Shown: piece after piece, positions 34,435 through 44,736 of the stretch
Layout of the letters: each line of letters starts with the position of its first letter
How positions within the stretch are numbered: position 1 is the first letter of the stretch
Origin: a virus
DNA: 64,000 bases
Virus record (IMG/VR): IMGVR_UViG_3300034152_000556
Coordinates: 44,709 to 108,708 of that record
Reading direction: 5' to 3' (one strand)
Notes under the pieces: generated by a model
Told to the model about the DNA's origin: nothing
Databases searched by the model: none
Seen by the model: only the letters and a program-made list of their open reading frames with translations
Made by a program: the position numbers and the translations under genes

Positions 34435-37400
34435 TTATCTTGTTAACATAAGTGAAACAAAATATGAATTCAATAAATCTTTAGCTGGTGATATTTTTGC
34501 TTCACGATATTTTGCTGACCCTTTCTCGATGATTTCAGAAATGATTTCATCTCTTGTTATGTAATCATCGCTTAATGGCCCCATCATTTCAGCTAATGTG
34601 TTTACACAGTTGTATGAAATAAATGCATAAGTGTCAGCTTCACCGACTCTCTGACCTCCACCTCTTCTTTTTCCAGCTGTTGGTTGTGCGGTTTTACCAG
34701 CTGTTGGTCCTGTGCTTCTACCATAAATCTTGGATTCACCAAGATGTTCAAGTTTACCAATATACATATAACCAATTGGTATCTCTCTAAATGTTGTTGT
34801 ATTAAATTCAGGCAATCGAAGCTTATACCCTGTTTTTAAACCAACAACCGACAGAGCTTTCTTAATATCATTGTGGTTTGGTGCTTTAAAAGGTGGGATA
34901 ATAATAGGAAAAAACCCACTCTTCTTTGTTCTCTCAACGAACTCATTAAATTTCACCCCTGATAATTTTTCTATGTTTGCCAGCATAGATAGAGTCGTTT
35001 TTTTGTTCTTACTTTTATCGAGATACTGATAAACTTTTTTCAATAAATCAATGATTTTAGCTTTTGTTAAATTTGGTAACATTAAACCAAGCTGTCTTGC
35101 AATTAACCCACAGTACGTCTCGTATACTTGCCCCATGTTCATTCTACCAATAATTCCAAGTGGATTCATCACCATATCAAGGGTTCCGAACGGTGTTCGC
35201 GGCATCAAGTTGTCTTTCTCAAGTAGCGAAATAATACCTTTGTTACCATGACGATTACAAAGTTTATCACCAAGACCAATTCTTAGCTCTTGTTCAATTT
35301 TAAATTTGACCAGAACACCTTTTATGCTTTCGCCCATGATTTTAAATTTCTCTTTTGGTGGCTTATCATGTCTTTTATTGGTACGTTTGATTAGGCTTTC
35401 GATTTCTGGAAAAGTGTTTTCTGGCATATTGGAGAAAACCTCAATGTCAACAATTGTACCGCCAGGACTTTTCTTTATAAATTGACCAGATTGAATATCT
35501 GTATCATCGTCTTCTTCAAATCCAATGAGTTGTTCAATCTCACCAACAGTCTTCCTCAATAGTGGTTCACCCTTTTCTAGTTTGTCACCAATCTTTGCAA
35601 TAAAAACTAATCGATCATTTTCTGATATTAAAACCTCTTCTTCAATGCCGTGGAGTGATGTCAAACTATCACTTTCAACTAATCTCTCATTGATAACAAT
35701 GCCATCTTCAAAGTTATATCCCTTATATGGCATGAACCCAACTAACAAAGGTCTACCCAAAGCGATAGAACCAGATGCCATACACGCACCCTCTGCAACA
35801 ATATCACCTTTCTTTACAGATTGGCCGGTTTTAACAGTTGGTTTAAAAACACTCAGAGTGTTTTTTCCTGACCCTGATCTAAGATGCATGGGTGTTATAT
35901 CGACAACATCTTTCTTACCAGCAGCGCATTTCATTGTTATTTTATCAATAGTTATTTTATCAATCTTACCGGTGCAAGGTGCTCTTTTGATAAAGTTGTC
36001 TGAAAGAACGTTTGTCAAAATAGATTCATATCCAGATTGAACAACAGGGGGTTGTGGGTTTTTCAACGGAAGCATTTGTTTTGCTTGATTTGTTATCATA
36101 ATAACACGAGCACCATCATTGTTTTCAAGAAATGGTGTCATAACAGAACTGGTTGATAACATACCAGTACCCTCATCGTCACTTATTTTTTTAGCTTGAA
36201 ACATACCACGAGATGATGTGATCAATGCATCAACCGTAAGCTGTTGCACAATACCAATATTGCCGCTTTCAGGTGTGTCTAATGGGTCAATATTTCCAAA
36301 GTATGTATCATGTATATTACGACTTGCATTATCAATAGACCTCTTATCAGGTATGCCACCAACTTGCTTTCCAACGGGTGAGATTCTTGTGATCGATGAC
36401 ATCTCTTCAATCGGATTTGCATATTCCATGCTCATTGAAAGCTCGGTCATTTGAAAGTCTTTCATTACCTTGGTCGGTACAATTGCTAGCTGAGCTTCAT
36501 CATTTCCACCTAATATTTGCTCACGATATGTAGTATATGCTGCTAGAATTTGTTTCTGTGCTAAATGAACAAGAATTTCAGAGTTTCGTATTCTCTGATT
36601 TGTTAGATCGTTTCGAGGAATATAAGTTTTCTTAACAGCCTTATCAGCCATATAAAACATAATATCCTCAAGTTCTGTTGGTTGTTGTTTATTCAGAAGA
36701 ACCTGTCTTGCAACGGGGTCAACAATATTTTGAATCTTCAATTCAATTTGATATGTTGAATTAACACGCCCTGTATGTGCAATGATCAGGTTTTCAAAAT
36801 ATTGCTTCGATGGAAAGTCTCCTTCGATGTGATATTTATCTGGCGTACCATACTGAAAAGAATTAACAATGTATTCTTTTAATTCAGTATTGACATTGTC
36901 AAAAATGACATACTCCTTTCCTCTAATTCTTGCCCAATGCTTTTCACCTTTTGGTCTCTCTGTTGCCATACGATATTTTATACCGTATTTTTTCAATGAT
37001 TGTTCAAAACCAAATGCGAAAAACACCAGAAATGAAAATGGCATTTTATATGTCATGAAAGAATCAAGAAAAGTAACCTTTCTTAGACTCTTAACATTAA
37101 ATCTGAAAGTTGAATATGAACTTTCAAATCTAGCTTCTCCTGGTTTTGGAAATGTAATTGGGTTGCGTATGATCTGATTGATCAAAACCTTTTTCTGACC
37201 GTTAATTCTGAATGTTCCCGTATTTAAATCAATCTTTGGTATTTCAATAGCTACTTGTTGTAATTTTCCAAATTTATCTTTTAAAGTAACTGTTACAATG
37301 CTGATGTCAGATTTTAAGATTTCACCAGCTCTTTGTGGTTTATCACCAATAGATATTGAGTGAAATTTAAGTGGTGGGTCTCGTTTTTCTAAGACTTTAA

Positions 37401-38511
37401 ATGCGTTTGTCAGATCATTTCTGATGTTGGTTTCAAAATCAATTTTTCTTTTTTGAAAAATATGTTCTGGAGATTTATTACCAACCGCAGCTGTTGGATT
37501 ATAAACAGCAACACGCGGGTCTGTCGTAAGACTTATAGTTTTCTCAGGCTTTAATAACTCATCAGAAAAATTCTTACTGATAGCTTTTAGAGCTTTTGTT
37601 GAATTTTTGGACGTAATGCCTTTTGCAATATTTTTTGCACCATCAAGATCGCCGCTTACTCTATAAAGAATTGCTGTTGCGGTGATTTTTTCGATATCAC
37701 TTTTTGTTACATCTCCGCTTGCAACCTTGTTTCTTGTCTCTTCATCGTCTTCTAGAAAATCTGATACCGCACCCTTAACGGCCTCGTCGTTGTCAATATT
37801 TGCTTTAACTGAAGAAACAATTTTGCTACTTGACACTTGTGCTTCAGCTTCGATCTCATCTTCAGTATCCACAGTTTTTATGTTCCTGATATATTGAAGC
37901 ACTCTCCTAAAGGCATAATCCCCGTCTTTAACCATTAAACGATACTTTGCACCATCTGAAGATACTGTTGATAACAACATTGTTTCAAAGAAAAGGTCTT
38001 CTTCTTTTTTCATATCATGAATAATAGGAAACACTTTTCTGTTGATGAAAGTGTTTAAATCTTTCTCAATATCGACGGAATATACCAAAATTTTGTTATA
38101 TTCGTCTGGAAAAAACCTAAAAGCTGACTCCAACGCATTTTTAATCAAATAGCCAGCTCTTTGTCTATATGTTGTTGGTTTCATTCGAGCATCAACAGCT
38201 TGCACATAATTTGATACATCAAAGATTACGTTTCGACCAGTTGGTATTCTTTGTCTGCTTGTGTAAGCTGTTAGCTTATAAGCTTTATAGAGCTTTCTTA
38301 AATCTGATGTTAAAAGAGTGCGTGGTATTTTCGTAAAAGGCACAACAACAATTTGAAAGTCTGCTGGTCTCAAATTAAGCTTTGGTAGATCGTCAATAAG
38401 AGTCGAGTTTTCAGAAAAATAGATTAACGCCGTTGGATTCTTAGGGTCGCGTCGAAAAATCACACCATCAACTACATGTGTGTACTGTCTTAAATTTTTA
38501 AATGGTATCAT
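34435..38511 (-). CDS. rpoB: Multisubunit RNA polymerase beta-like subunit with about 340-aa N-terminal extension
   Basis: FRINGQKKV, DTPESGNIG, GYNFEDGIV, GDKLCNRHGNKG, NPLGIIGRMNMGQ, KLEH, GGQRVGE. Confidence 0.95.
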   Translation of the reverse strand: MIPFKNLRQYTHVVDGVIFRRDPKNPTALIYFSENSTLIDDLPKLNLRPADFQIVVVPFTKIPRTLLTSDLRKLYKAYKLTAYTSRQRIPTGRNVIFDVSNYVQAVDARMKPTTYRQRAGYLIKNALESAFRFFPDEYNKILVYSVDIEKDLNTFINRKVFPIIHDMKKEEDLFFETMLLSTVSSDGAKYRLMVKDGDYAFRRVLQYIRNIKTVDTEDEIEAEAQVSSSKIVSSVKANIDNDEAVKGAVSDFLEDDEETRNKVASGDVTKSDIEKITATAILYRVSGDLDGAKNIAKGITSKNSTKALKAISKNFSDELLKPEKTISLTTDPRVAVYNPTAAVGNKSPEHIFQKRKIDFETNIRNDLTNAFKVLEKRDPPLKFHSISIGDKPQRAGEILKSDISIVTVTLKDKFGKLQQVAIEIPKIDLNTGTFRINGQKKVLINQIIRNPITFPKPGEARFESSYSTFRFNVKSLRKVTFLDSFMTYKMPFSFLVFFAFGFEQSLKKYGIKYRMATERPKGEKHWARIRGKEYVIFDNVNTELKEYIVNSFQYGTPDKYHIEGDFPSKQYFENLIIAHTGRVNSTYQIELKIQNIVDPVARQVLLNKQQPTELEDIMFYMADKAVKKTYIPRNDLTNQRIRNSEILVHLAQKQILAAYTTYREQILGGNDEAQLAIVPTKVMKDFQMTELSMSMEYANPIEEMSSITRISPVGKQVGGIPDKRSIDNASRNIHDTYFGNIDPLDTPESGNIGIVQQLTVDALITSSRGMFQAKKISDDEGTGMLSTSSVMTPFLENNDGARVIMITNQAKQMLPLKNPQPPVVQSGYESILTNVLSDNFIKRAPCTGKIDKITIDKITMKCAAGKKDVVDITPMHLRSGSGKNTLSVFKPTVKTGQSVKKGDIVAEGACMASGSIALGRPLLVGFMPYKGYNFEDGIVINERLVESDSLTSLHGIEEEVLISENDRLVFIAKIGDKLEKGEPLLRKTVGEIEQLIGFEEDDDTDIQSGQFIKKSPGGTIVDIEVFSNMPENTFPEIESLIKRTNKRHDKPPKEKFKIMGESIKGVLVKFKIEQELRIGLGDKLCNRHGNKGIISLLEKDNLMPRTPFGTLDMVMNPLGIIGRMNMGQVYETYCGLIARQLGLMLPNLTKAKIIDLLKKVYQYLDKSKNKKTTLSMLANIEKLSGVKFNEFVERTKKSGFFPIIIPPFKAPNHNDIKKALSVVGLKTGYKLRLPEFNTTTFREIPIGYMYIGKLEHLGESKIYGRSTGPTAGKTAQPTAGKRRGGGQRVGEADTYAFISYNCVNTLAEMMGPLSDDYITRDEIISEIIEKGSAKYREAKISPAKDLLNSYFVSLMLTR

Positions 38512-40466
38512 CTCATAAGCCTTTTTGCTATTGGTTTTAGCTCTTTTTTATAGTCTTCCTTACCAACAATTCCCTCAAACATTTTCTGTGACCAATCAAT
38601 AATATCTTCCATTCTGGTCGAGAGATTCGGTTTACCGCCCGTGTCTAAAACTAAATTGTAAATAAAAACATCTGTATCCTGACCGATTCTATGAACTCTA
38701 TCTTCAGCTTGCGATCTGTCTGTTGATCTCCACGGTTGATTTAGAAATATAACTGTGTTTGCTTCAACAAGAGTCACACCGGTTGATAAAGTCTGTATTG
38801 TTGCTATCAATGGGTTTCTTGTTGTGTCCTCTTTAAAGAGTTTTAGTAAACTTGTGACAGCACTTGATGTTTCGCCAAAAATAAGTATTGGATCTTTTTT
38901 ATTACATGAACTTGTTACATAGTCTGCTGTGCTCTTGACAACATCAACATATGTTGAAAAACATACTGTTTTCTTTGCACTTTTTTCTATAATTTCACAA
39001 ATAGGGCTTTTTTGAACCATCTTAGCAAACATTTCAGCTCTTAGTTTGTTAAGTAACCCTCCAAGAACCTCACCCATAATTTTCAGTTGTACATATTTTA
39101 CAACAGATTTTGATCGGTCAAATTTCTTTTTTTGTTCGTTTGTTAATAATGGTCTCAATACATCTTTTTCATACTTGTTCGCTCTTGCTACTTCTTCAAC
39201 TTGATATTTATCCATCGTATTGTAACCAAATTCTTGAAGCCGTCTAACAACGTCTAAATACCATTCAAAAGTTGCATCATCTTTTAATTGTTCTTTTAAT
39301 GCATCTATAACCTCCCAATATTCTTTATGATAAAATTTCTTGTTTTTTTCGTAAAACTTCTGACGTTTCTTCATGTAAGCCAATACTTGGTCTTTAACTG
39401 AAACAAGTGTATATTTATCACTTCCTGGTACTTTGACTTTTATTTCTTTATGTGTTTTGCTAGGTAATTTCAAAACCTCAGATTTCATTTTGCGATGCAT
39501 AACCATGCCTAAACGATTTTTTAATATGTCAAGTGCAACTGAAGTTTTTACACCAAATGCATTTAGAAAAATCTTTTGAGCCATGTCATCAAAGAATGGA
39601 TCAATTAGCTGAAGGGAAGGCACCATTTCTGAGCCAAGAGCTTTGATTGGTGTACCACTCATGAGCAAAGTATCTTGACATTTGACAGCCTTTGCAAAAG
39701 CTAGCAGTCTTATTACTCTCTGAGCACCAACGTTTTTAAAATTATGGGATTCATCAACAATAATACCAACGTTCTTACTCTGAACCACATACTTCAAAAC
39801 AAGTTTTAATTTATCTATTGATTCATAATTTGTAATGTAAAATCTTGCTTTTTTTGGTTTTTCCCCAACAACCCATATATCTTGATTTTGTTTGAAAACT
39901 GTTTCAATTTCATTTTTCCAAACTGTTCTTATTGTACTCTTTGGGGCTATTACAATAATAGCATCTTTTTCTAGACCATGCATTAACGCTATTGATGTAA
40001 ATGTTTTTCCCAATCCCTGTTCAAATGATAATATATATCCATTCAAATTATACTTCTGCTTTTTTTCATCATATATTTGTATAAATTCTTTCTGATAAGG
40101 CTTTAAAGTATAATTAAATTCAGAAAATTTTCCAGATTTTACACGATTTGAAAAGTTCTGATTTATTCTTTTCATCCATGTTTTTTCAAGAATAAGGTTT
40201 ATCAATTCAGCATACTTTGTTTTAGTTTGAAAGCCAAATTTATGTCTTCCTGGTAGAAGACCTAAAATGTAAACTAATTCTGGTAGGAAAAACCTATGTA
40301 CTTTAATCGTACCACGCCCAAACATTCTAAATGAAACTTTAAAAAATTTTAGTAGTCTTTTTGATTTGTATATACGATATACATGACGAATAAATGAATC
40401 GGTCGGAAAGCCTGTGAATTCAGCTATATTTCCAGATTCGGTAACATTTGTATTAAAATATGACAT
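38508..40466 (-). CDS. SNF2-family helicase/ATPase
   Basis: EQGLGKT, DESH, MSGTPI, QAEDRVHRIGQ. Confidence 0.9.
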   Translation of the reverse strand: MSYFNTNVTESGNIAEFTGFPTDSFIRHVYRIYKSKRLLKFFKVSFRMFGRGTIKVHRFFLPELVYILGLLPGRHKFGFQTKTKYAELINLILEKTWMKRINQNFSNRVKSGKFSEFNYTLKPYQKEFIQIYDEKKQKYNLNGYILSFEQGLGKTFTSIALMHGLEKDAIIVIAPKSTIRTVWKNEIETVFKQNQDIWVVGEKPKKARFYITNYESIDKLKLVLKYVVQSKNVGIIVDESHNFKNVGAQRVIRLLAFAKAVKCQDTLLMSGTPIKALGSEMVPSLQLIDPFFDDMAQKIFLNAFGVKTSVALDILKNRLGMVMHRKMKSEVLKLPSKTHKEIKVKVPGSDKYTLVSVKDQVLAYMKKRQKFYEKNKKFYHKEYWEVIDALKEQLKDDATFEWYLDVVRRLQEFGYNTMDKYQVEEVARANKYEKDVLRPLLTNEQKKKFDRSKSVVKYVQLKIMGEVLGGLLNKLRAEMFAKMVQKSPICEIIEKSAKKTVCFSTYVDVVKSTADYVTSSCNKKDPILIFGETSSAVTSLLKLFKEDTTRNPLIATIQTLSTGVTLVEANTVIFLNQPWRSTDRSQAEDRVHRIGQDTDVFIYNLVLDTGGKPNLSTRMEDIIDWSQKMFEGIVGKEDYKKELKPIAKRLMR

Positions 40467-40468
40467 GA

Positions 40469-41161
40469 TTAGACCTCGTATTCATCATATGGATTATCTT
40501 TTGGCTCGTATGCTGCTACATCTTCTTCTTTTTTTTCTTTTATTGTTACATATTTATATAGCAAAAACCCAATTAGCATCATGATCAACCCAGCCACGAT
40601 TACGATCCACATGTATGGATTTATCATGGTAACCATTGAGTATATTCCATACAGCTCTGGGTAATGAATTAAAATATGTGAAAAATAATTACCCACTAAA
40701 GCTAAAATTTTTACAACAATGCCCCATTTAAGAGCAAATTTGCCAACGTCATATAGAAAAATTGCCAGTTTTCTTAATAAGTTATCAATAAATTTAATTC
40801 GTTTTAAAAGCTCCGTGTTTCCCTTTGCTGCGTTTTTAACCTTGTCGTTGATAAAATTAGTGACTGTTAAAATAAGAGCAGCGATACTTTTTGTTTCGAC
40901 GTTATTCCCTTTTACCTTTCTAAAATGAAATTGATATTTATTCTTAAAACCATCAATGTGTTTCTTTGAATATAACACGACATCGCGGAACTGAAATATC
41001 GGTAAGTTGAGACTCTGATATAATTTTGCTGCTCCATTAACATTCTTAGATGATATCATTGATATAAGTTTCTCAACATTTTTTGTTGTTAGTCTTTTTA
41101 TCAATGATTGAACATCTTCTTGTAGATAAATATAATCAATATGTTCATCAAGATAAATCAT
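40469..41161 (-). CDS. Hypothetical membrane protein (possible head/ejected protein)
   Basis: C-terminal hydrophobic helices; N-terminal YLQE motif. Confidence 0.6.
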   Translation of the reverse strand: MIYLDEHIDYIYLQEDVQSLIKRLTTKNVEKLISMISSKNVNGAAKLYQSLNLPIFQFRDVVLYSKKHIDGFKNKYQFHFRKVKGNNVETKSIAALILTVTNFINDKVKNAAKGNTELLKRIKFIDNLLRKLAIFLYDVGKFALKWGIVVKILALVGNYFSHILIHYPELYGIYSMVTMINPYMWIVIVAGLIMMLIGFLLYKYVTIKEKKEEDVAAYEPKDNPYDEYEV

Positions 41162-44100
41162 TACCGCCTCTCCTTTAATTCCGACAACTCACTTGTTAAT
41201 ACTCTTTCTAGAATGCTTGGTTCTTCTGGTTCTTCTGTTATCAATCCATTACGAATAGCTTCATTGATATTTTCAAACGCCAACCCCTGAATAAAACTTG
41301 TTTTAAAAACAATATTTTTGATGTTCATCATAGATGGGTTCCATTTTTTCCCCAATCTTGCTGGAAGTGATGGGTTATCAGCATCTCTCAAAACTTGACT
41401 TAACAAAATTTCAAAATGTACAGAATCGGTGTCTCTCAATGAAGAATATATTTTATAAAATTTTCTAAATAAATGATCTGCGTCTTTAATAATCTCGCGA
41501 CCACCAACAAGACGTTTTACGTATTGAATCTGCTCCTTTGTCACATCGGTTTGTAATGTTGTCTCTAAAATATTTTCACCTTTTTCAAATTCTAGAAAAA
41601 TATATTTTCTACCAATTCTTGTTAGACGTTCGCTATGAAACATAACTGGATAATCTAGAACAAGATTAAACATAGCATCTTCAGATTCTAATCTACATAC
41701 AACACCTTTTGCATAAAGTTCAGAATCATCATCATTAAAATATAAATCTTTTGCAACCGGATAGTCATCAACATCAATAGTAATTTTACAATCTTGTAAT
41801 GCCATCAATGTATTTTCTGATTGTTTTATATGTTTCTTGACCACATTTGGACTTGTTAATGGGTCATTTGACAAAATATCATTGATCATATCTTTTATAA
41901 CAATCTTTACTGCACCACCTGTATGAAACGTTCTCATGATTGTTTGCGTACCAGCCTCACCAATTGCTTGTGAGGCAATAATACCAGCATATGGGCTTCT
42001 GTGTCTTTCTAGAATGCGACCATAACAAGTATGACAAATCTTTTTTGACTGACAATATATTGGTGTTCTAAGCTTAATGACATCACCAGCTTTGTGTTCT
42101 GACGCTTCAAACTCAACTATTTTTCCATTTTTTAAAATATACCTACCCCACATTCTTTCAATCAAATCATTCGTCAATCTAGCATTAAGATATTTTGTAA
42201 CCTTACAATCTTTTAAGGTTCTGTCAATTTCGACACTGTTCAAAACATACGCAAGCTGTCTTGAAAAGTATCCAGTATCAGCTGTATTCAAAACTCTATC
42301 GATAATACCAGTTCTAGAACCAGCTGAAGCTTCAAAATATTCTGTGTTTGTCAGACCTTCTGTATAAGAACCAGCAACAGGCGGCTGGACCTTACCTTGT
42401 GGGTCAGCGATCAAACCTTTTGCAAACAAAATTTGCCTTGGTTGCCCCCACCCCTTTCCGGCTCCAGATTCAACAAGATCATAAATCCCTGTATTTTTTA
42501 GATGCTCTTTCAATCTTTTTTCAGCTTGTTTGATAATAGCATCTGCTTCTTCAGTTGTTGCATTTTTTAACCTTTCTTTTAAATCTTTTAGATCATCTGG
42601 AATTTCAACGTCATCAATTGTAAAGGTTGGTGACATTAGAGTTGCAAACTTAAAACCAATGTCTTTGAGTTTTGAATACGTTTCGATGGCTTGCTCTTCT
42701 CCATACTTACTGATAATTTTAGGTATCATAAGATTGAGGTCTTTTTTAGTCATCGGTTTTTCAATAAATGGAAAGTCTGGTGGAAATGCGCTATTTATAA
42801 TCGCCCTTCCCATTGTTGTTCTTCTCTTTCGATAAACAACCGGGATATAGGGATCGTTTGCAGTGTCTAAACTTTTATCTGTAACTGAAATAGGAGAGTC
42901 TGGTCTTGCTACGTCTTTCATTATAATATAGATTCCAGCACACATTTCTTTTGATATTTCATATGTAACAGAATTTGAATCTTCACCCGTAACGGTTCTC
43001 ATCATTTTTGTTTTTAATTCAGCTTGTGATTCATCTGTAATTGGGTGATAGACCGCCATCGTATCACCATCAAAATCTGCATTAAAACCACCAACTTGAA
43101 GGGTTGATAGTTTCAATGTGTTCCCTGTGACAATCTTTGGTTTGAATGCGCGAACAGATTTAGCGTGAAGAACGGGATCTCTTTTTGCAATAACCGCTCT
43201 GTTCATAGATACAACTTCTGCTGCCTCGAATATCATTTTTTCAAGCGAGGGTGGTATCTTATCACCATTGTGAATTGCTTTGAATACATTTCTTAGAGAA
43301 TCTACAGATAACTCAACTTTCAAAAATTTGTTTATTTCATCATTGAGTTTTTGTTTATCAACTTTGCCGGAATAAAAAAGTCTATGTAATAAAAAAGGCT
43401 CGAACAAAACCACTGCCAATTTAAGTGGAATACCAATTTCGTTGACTTTTAACTCTGGACCCGGAGTGATAACTGATCGACCGGAAAAGTCGGTTCTTTT
43501 ACCTAGAAGTTGAGAACGAATCAGCCCTCTTTTTTTCTGAATGATAGTTCTAACAAAGTTATCGTGGTCAACAACAGCCTTCTGAACTTCATAATTTAAA
43601 AGATCAAACAACGGACCAGATTTTGGTGCGCTTTTCATCTGAATAGATTTTCTTAAAATTGACACATAATATTCGTTAATTGGGTCGATAATCCATCTGC
43701 CATTTGACCCTTCGAAGGCTGGTCTCTGTTCTGGTGGTATTACTGGCACAATATCCACAAACAGTGTCTTTTGAGCAATCGCTTGTTCTATTTTTTTAAT
43801 GAACTTCTCTCTTGCATCAGTACCAGCGTTAAACTTAATTTTTGGTAAGAGTTTGATGAGGGATGCGATACCAGTAACACCGTCTGGGTCGGGTGTTAGC
43901 TTACCATCTTTATCAAGAGAATATGACTCTTCTGTGCTCAAAATTTTTGGTATGTTTTTGCTATCAAGTCTACGAAGAATCTGAAGAGCTGCTGGGTGAA
44001 TAACGGTTGTGTTCAAGTCCACATAAGAGAATGTTGTTTTTCTTTCTGTTGATTCTTCTGGCCCGAATATTATTTCAGAAAATAAACCTTCTGGATGCCA

Positions 44101-44184
44101 TTCTCCCGGTTTTGACCAAATATCAGCTGATTTGACCGGCTTCAAATTCTTCTTGAACGTTGATAGGTCAAGAAAGTTAATCAT
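41161..44184 (-). CDS. rpoC: Multisubunit RNA polymerase beta'-like subunit (paralogue 2, lacking the N-terminal Zn-binding cysteines)
   Basis: NADFDGD, LLGKRTDFSGRSVI, RDPVLH, TGYFSRQL, QTIMRTFHTGG. Confidence 0.95.
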   Translation of the reverse strand: MINFLDLSTFKKNLKPVKSADIWSKPGEWHPEGLFSEIIFGPEESTERKTTFSYVDLNTTVIHPAALQILRRLDSKNIPKILSTEESYSLDKDGKLTPDPDGVTGIASLIKLLPKIKFNAGTDAREKFIKKIEQAIAQKTLFVDIVPVIPPEQRPAFEGSNGRWIIDPINEYYVSILRKSIQMKSAPKSGPLFDLLNYEVQKAVVDHDNFVRTIIQKKRGLIRSQLLGKRTDFSGRSVITPGPELKVNEIGIPLKLAVVLFEPFLLHRLFYSGKVDKQKLNDEINKFLKVELSVDSLRNVFKAIHNGDKIPPSLEKMIFEAAEVVSMNRAVIAKRDPVLHAKSVRAFKPKIVTGNTLKLSTLQVGGFNADFDGDTMAVYHPITDESQAELKTKMMRTVTGEDSNSVTYEISKEMCAGIYIIMKDVARPDSPISVTDKSLDTANDPYIPVVYRKRRTTMGRAIINSAFPPDFPFIEKPMTKKDLNLMIPKIISKYGEEQAIETYSKLKDIGFKFATLMSPTFTIDDVEIPDDLKDLKERLKNATTEEADAIIKQAEKRLKEHLKNTGIYDLVESGAGKGWGQPRQILFAKGLIADPQGKVQPPVAGSYTEGLTNTEYFEASAGSRTGIIDRVLNTADTGYFSRQLAYVLNSVEIDRTLKDCKVTKYLNARLTNDLIERMWGRYILKNGKIVEFEASEHKAGDVIKLRTPIYCQSKKICHTCYGRILERHRSPYAGIIASQAIGEAGTQTIMRTFHTGGAVKIVIKDMINDILSNDPLTSPNVVKKHIKQSENTLMALQDCKITIDVDDYPVAKDLYFNDDDSELYAKGVVCRLESEDAMFNLVLDYPVMFHSERLTRIGRKYIFLEFEKGENILETTLQTDVTKEQIQYVKRLVGGREIIKDADHLFRKFYKIYSSLRDTDSVHFEILLSQVLRDADNPSLPARLGKKWNPSMMNIKNIVFKTSFIQGLAFENINEAIRNGLITEEPEEPSILERVLTSELSELKERR

Positions 44185-44645
44185 TATCTATTATCCAAGT
44201 ATCCTTTTATTTTTTTCATCATTCTTGTAGCCATTGCTTTTTTTGCAGCGGTTACAGGGGGTTTTGGTACGTCTTTTGAAAAAATATTGTATCGATGTTG
44301 CAATTGACCCAAAGCTTTATTTAGATCATTGACATCATACATTCCTTTGTCATCATCCATCATCTTTTGAACTATTTTTAAAGAAATTCCGATGACCTTT
44401 GCATCTTCATGCCCTGCTCTATTGCAGATCGGCAGCATATATGGGGTTACGTCTCGACCCATATCTCCACCACCTTTTCTTTTAAGACAGATGAAGCATG
44501 AAGGTTTTTCGCCATATAATCTGTCTCGAATATCTTTATGATACAAATAGTGATAGTCTGAACCTTGTGGATAAATAGTTTTTGAAACTTGTCTAATTAG
44601 CTCGGTAAGTGTTTCCATTTTTTGTTCGTCAAGCCTTTTTTTCAT
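44184..44645 (-). CDS. Hypothetical protein
   Basis: Start set at MKKRLD after GGAGG, downstream of terminator. Confidence 0.6.
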   Translation of the reverse strand: MKKRLDEQKMETLTELIRQVSKTIYPQGSDYHYLYHKDIRDRLYGEKPSCFICLKRKGGGDMGRDVTPYMLPICNRAGHEDAKVIGISLKIVQKMMDDDKGMYDVNDLNKALGQLQHRYNIFSKDVPKPPVTAAKKAMATRMMKKIKGYLDNR

Positions 44646-44699
44646 GTTATTATGCCTCCGTACTCGGAACCTATTTGTAATTTGTTCTCTATTTTTTGA

Positions 44700-44732
44700 C
44701 AAAAAAATAGCGGGGTTCTGAACCCCGCTATT
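44700..44732 (-). terminator. Rho-independent terminator
   Basis: aatagcggggtt-ctg-aaccccgctatt hairpin followed by a T-run on the minus strand, 5 nt after the stop of the upstream gene. Confidence 0.8.
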
Positions 44733-44736
44733 CTTT

